A stretch of 15,277 bases of DNA. Source: Chlamydiota bacterium (GTDB lineage Bacteria > Auribacterota > Tritonobacteria > UBA1439). The position numbers were made by a program, and so were the translations under genes. Shown one piece after another: positions 14,460 through 15,277 of this stretch (positions within the stretch are counted from its first letter, which is position 1; the number at the start of each line of letters is the position of its first letter). The stretch covers positions 1 through 15,277 of the forward strand of contig JBAXOY010000076.1 in the NCBI GenBank assembly GCA_037133055.1. Reading direction: 5' to 3'. Under the pieces are notes generated by a model that saw nothing but the letters and a program-made list of their open reading frames with translations, was not told the DNA's origin and did no database searches.

Positions 14460-14499
14460 GGCGGCCGCCGCGACAGTCGGCGAGCCGCCTTTCCTTTTT
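14460..14499 (+). terminator. Intrinsic terminator after the lipoprotein gene
   Basis: Stem GGCGGC-CGCCG / CGGCG-(A bulge)-GCCGCC, 7-nt loop, followed by TTTCCTTTTT. Confidence 0.7.
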
Positions 14500-14503
14500 C
14501 CAC

Positions 14504-14539
14504 GTTCAAGCCGTTCAAACAGTTTAAGCGGTTCAAACA
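14504..14539. repeat. Four tandem 9-bp units (GTTCAAACA-like)
   Basis: GTTCAAGCC GTTCAAACA GTTTAAGCG GTTCAAACA. Confidence 0.85.
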
Positions 14540-14550
14540 GCGAGACGCTT

Positions 14551-14614
14551 TCTCCGTGAACCTCCGTGTCCTCCGTGGTGAGGCAGTACGTTATCTCCGT
14601 GCCCTCCGTGGTGA
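14551..14614. repeat. CTCCGTG short-repeat cluster (two CTCCGTG(T/C)CCTCCGTGGTGA modules)
   Basis: CTCCGTG at 14552, 14562, 14571, 14595 and 14604. Confidence 0.85.
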
Positions 14615-15277
14615 AACAGCATGGTTTCCCTTCTTCCAGTACTTCTCAAGCGCCCGCACGAGCCCCTCGTCCGTGTGCGCGGTCCCCGTAACCGCGACGC
14701 CGAGCCCAAGGCCCCTCGCCGCACGCCCCGTCACCGGTCCGATAACCGCGAGGAGCGGGAGGCGCGCCCTTCCCCCGCCCGAGCGCGCGATCGCGCGCGC
14801 GTACGCCTCGGCCGCCGACGGGCTTGTCAGGAGCGCCACGTCGACCTCCCCGCCGCGCATCGCGCGGCCCGCCGCGGCCATGCCCTCCGTGCTGAGCACC
14901 GTCCTGTAGGCGCAGACGACCTCGCGCCGCCCCCCCATCCGCGTCAATGCCGCCGGCAATTCGCTCCCGGCACGGTCGCTTCCCGGGAGCAGGAACGACT
15001 TCCCGCTCACCGCACCCCGCGCGGCAAGCGTCTGCGCGATGTCGGCCGTGGTGAATGAGCGGGGCACGCAGTCCGCCCGCAGTCCGTGCCGGGAGAGTTC
15101 CGCGGCCGTCGCGGGGCCTATGGCGCAGAGTTGCACCCCCGCGAACGCGCGTGCGTCGCGCCCCGCGGAAGCGAGCCGGTCCATGCAGGCCCGCACGCCG
15201 TTGGCGCTCGTGAACACGACCCAGTCATGGCGCGGGAGGGCGTCGAGGGCGCGGTCGAGCGCGGCGAAGCTCCGCGG
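14591..15277 (-). CDS. hemD: Uroporphyrinogen-III synthase domain, 5'-truncated by the window edge (possibly a CobA/HemD fusion)
   Basis: Frame is open to the window end. DWVVFTSANGV, LCAIGPATAAEL..HGLRAD..P, AYRT, LLTSPSAA, VIGPVT. Confidence 0.9.
   Translation of the reverse strand, partial: PRSFAALDRALDALPRHDWVVFTSANGVRACMDRLASAGRDARAFAGVQLCAIGPATAAELSRHGLRADCVPRSFTTADIAQTLAARGAVSGKSFLLPGSDRAGSELPAALTRMGGRREVVCAYRTVLSTEGMAAAGRAMRGGEVDVALLTSPSAAEAYARAIARSGGGRARLPLLAVIGPVTGRAARGLGLGVAVTGTAHTDEGLVRALEKYWKKGNHAVSPRRARR

Noticed and set aside
14504..14614. CRISPR array or iteron origin
   Set aside because: Units are 7-10 bp with no unique spacers of regular length; no cas or rep gene is adjacent.

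Overview
GC-rich bacterial chromosomal window with no rRNA, tRNA, CRISPR array or transposase that I can recognise. Left end: an operon of two full-length paralogous ~470-480 aa proteins (241-1656, 1663-3105). Each carries the three archaeo-eukaryotic primase (AEP/PriS) catalytic motifs, with a DxE motif I, fused to a C-terminal four-cysteine domain resembling the 4Fe-4S domain of the primase large subunit PriL. No helicase, Ku/ligase, cas or phage gene is visible nearby. This pair is the best candidate for an undescribed system. On the minus strand follow a Cys-rich exported protein, deoC, and an exported protein of three exactly 79-aa-spaced QxEHG repeats bracketed by 38-bp inverted repeats. 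From about 5640 to 14000 lies a cell-envelope modification region showing repeated rearrangement: a methyltransferase 3' remnant, a near-perfect 1951-bp tandem duplication of an LtaS/sulfatase-like membrane transferase gene, a DUF3786-like gene, a probably leaderless GT-C (GT39/PMT-like) glycosyltransferase, a degenerate second copy of the DUF3786 5' end, and two lower-GC SAM methyltransferases. The window ends with a small lipoprotein with its own promoter and terminator, and the 3' part of hemD. Several short palindromic or tandem repeat families occupy the intergenic spaces. All family assignments are by motif recognition; no database search was run.
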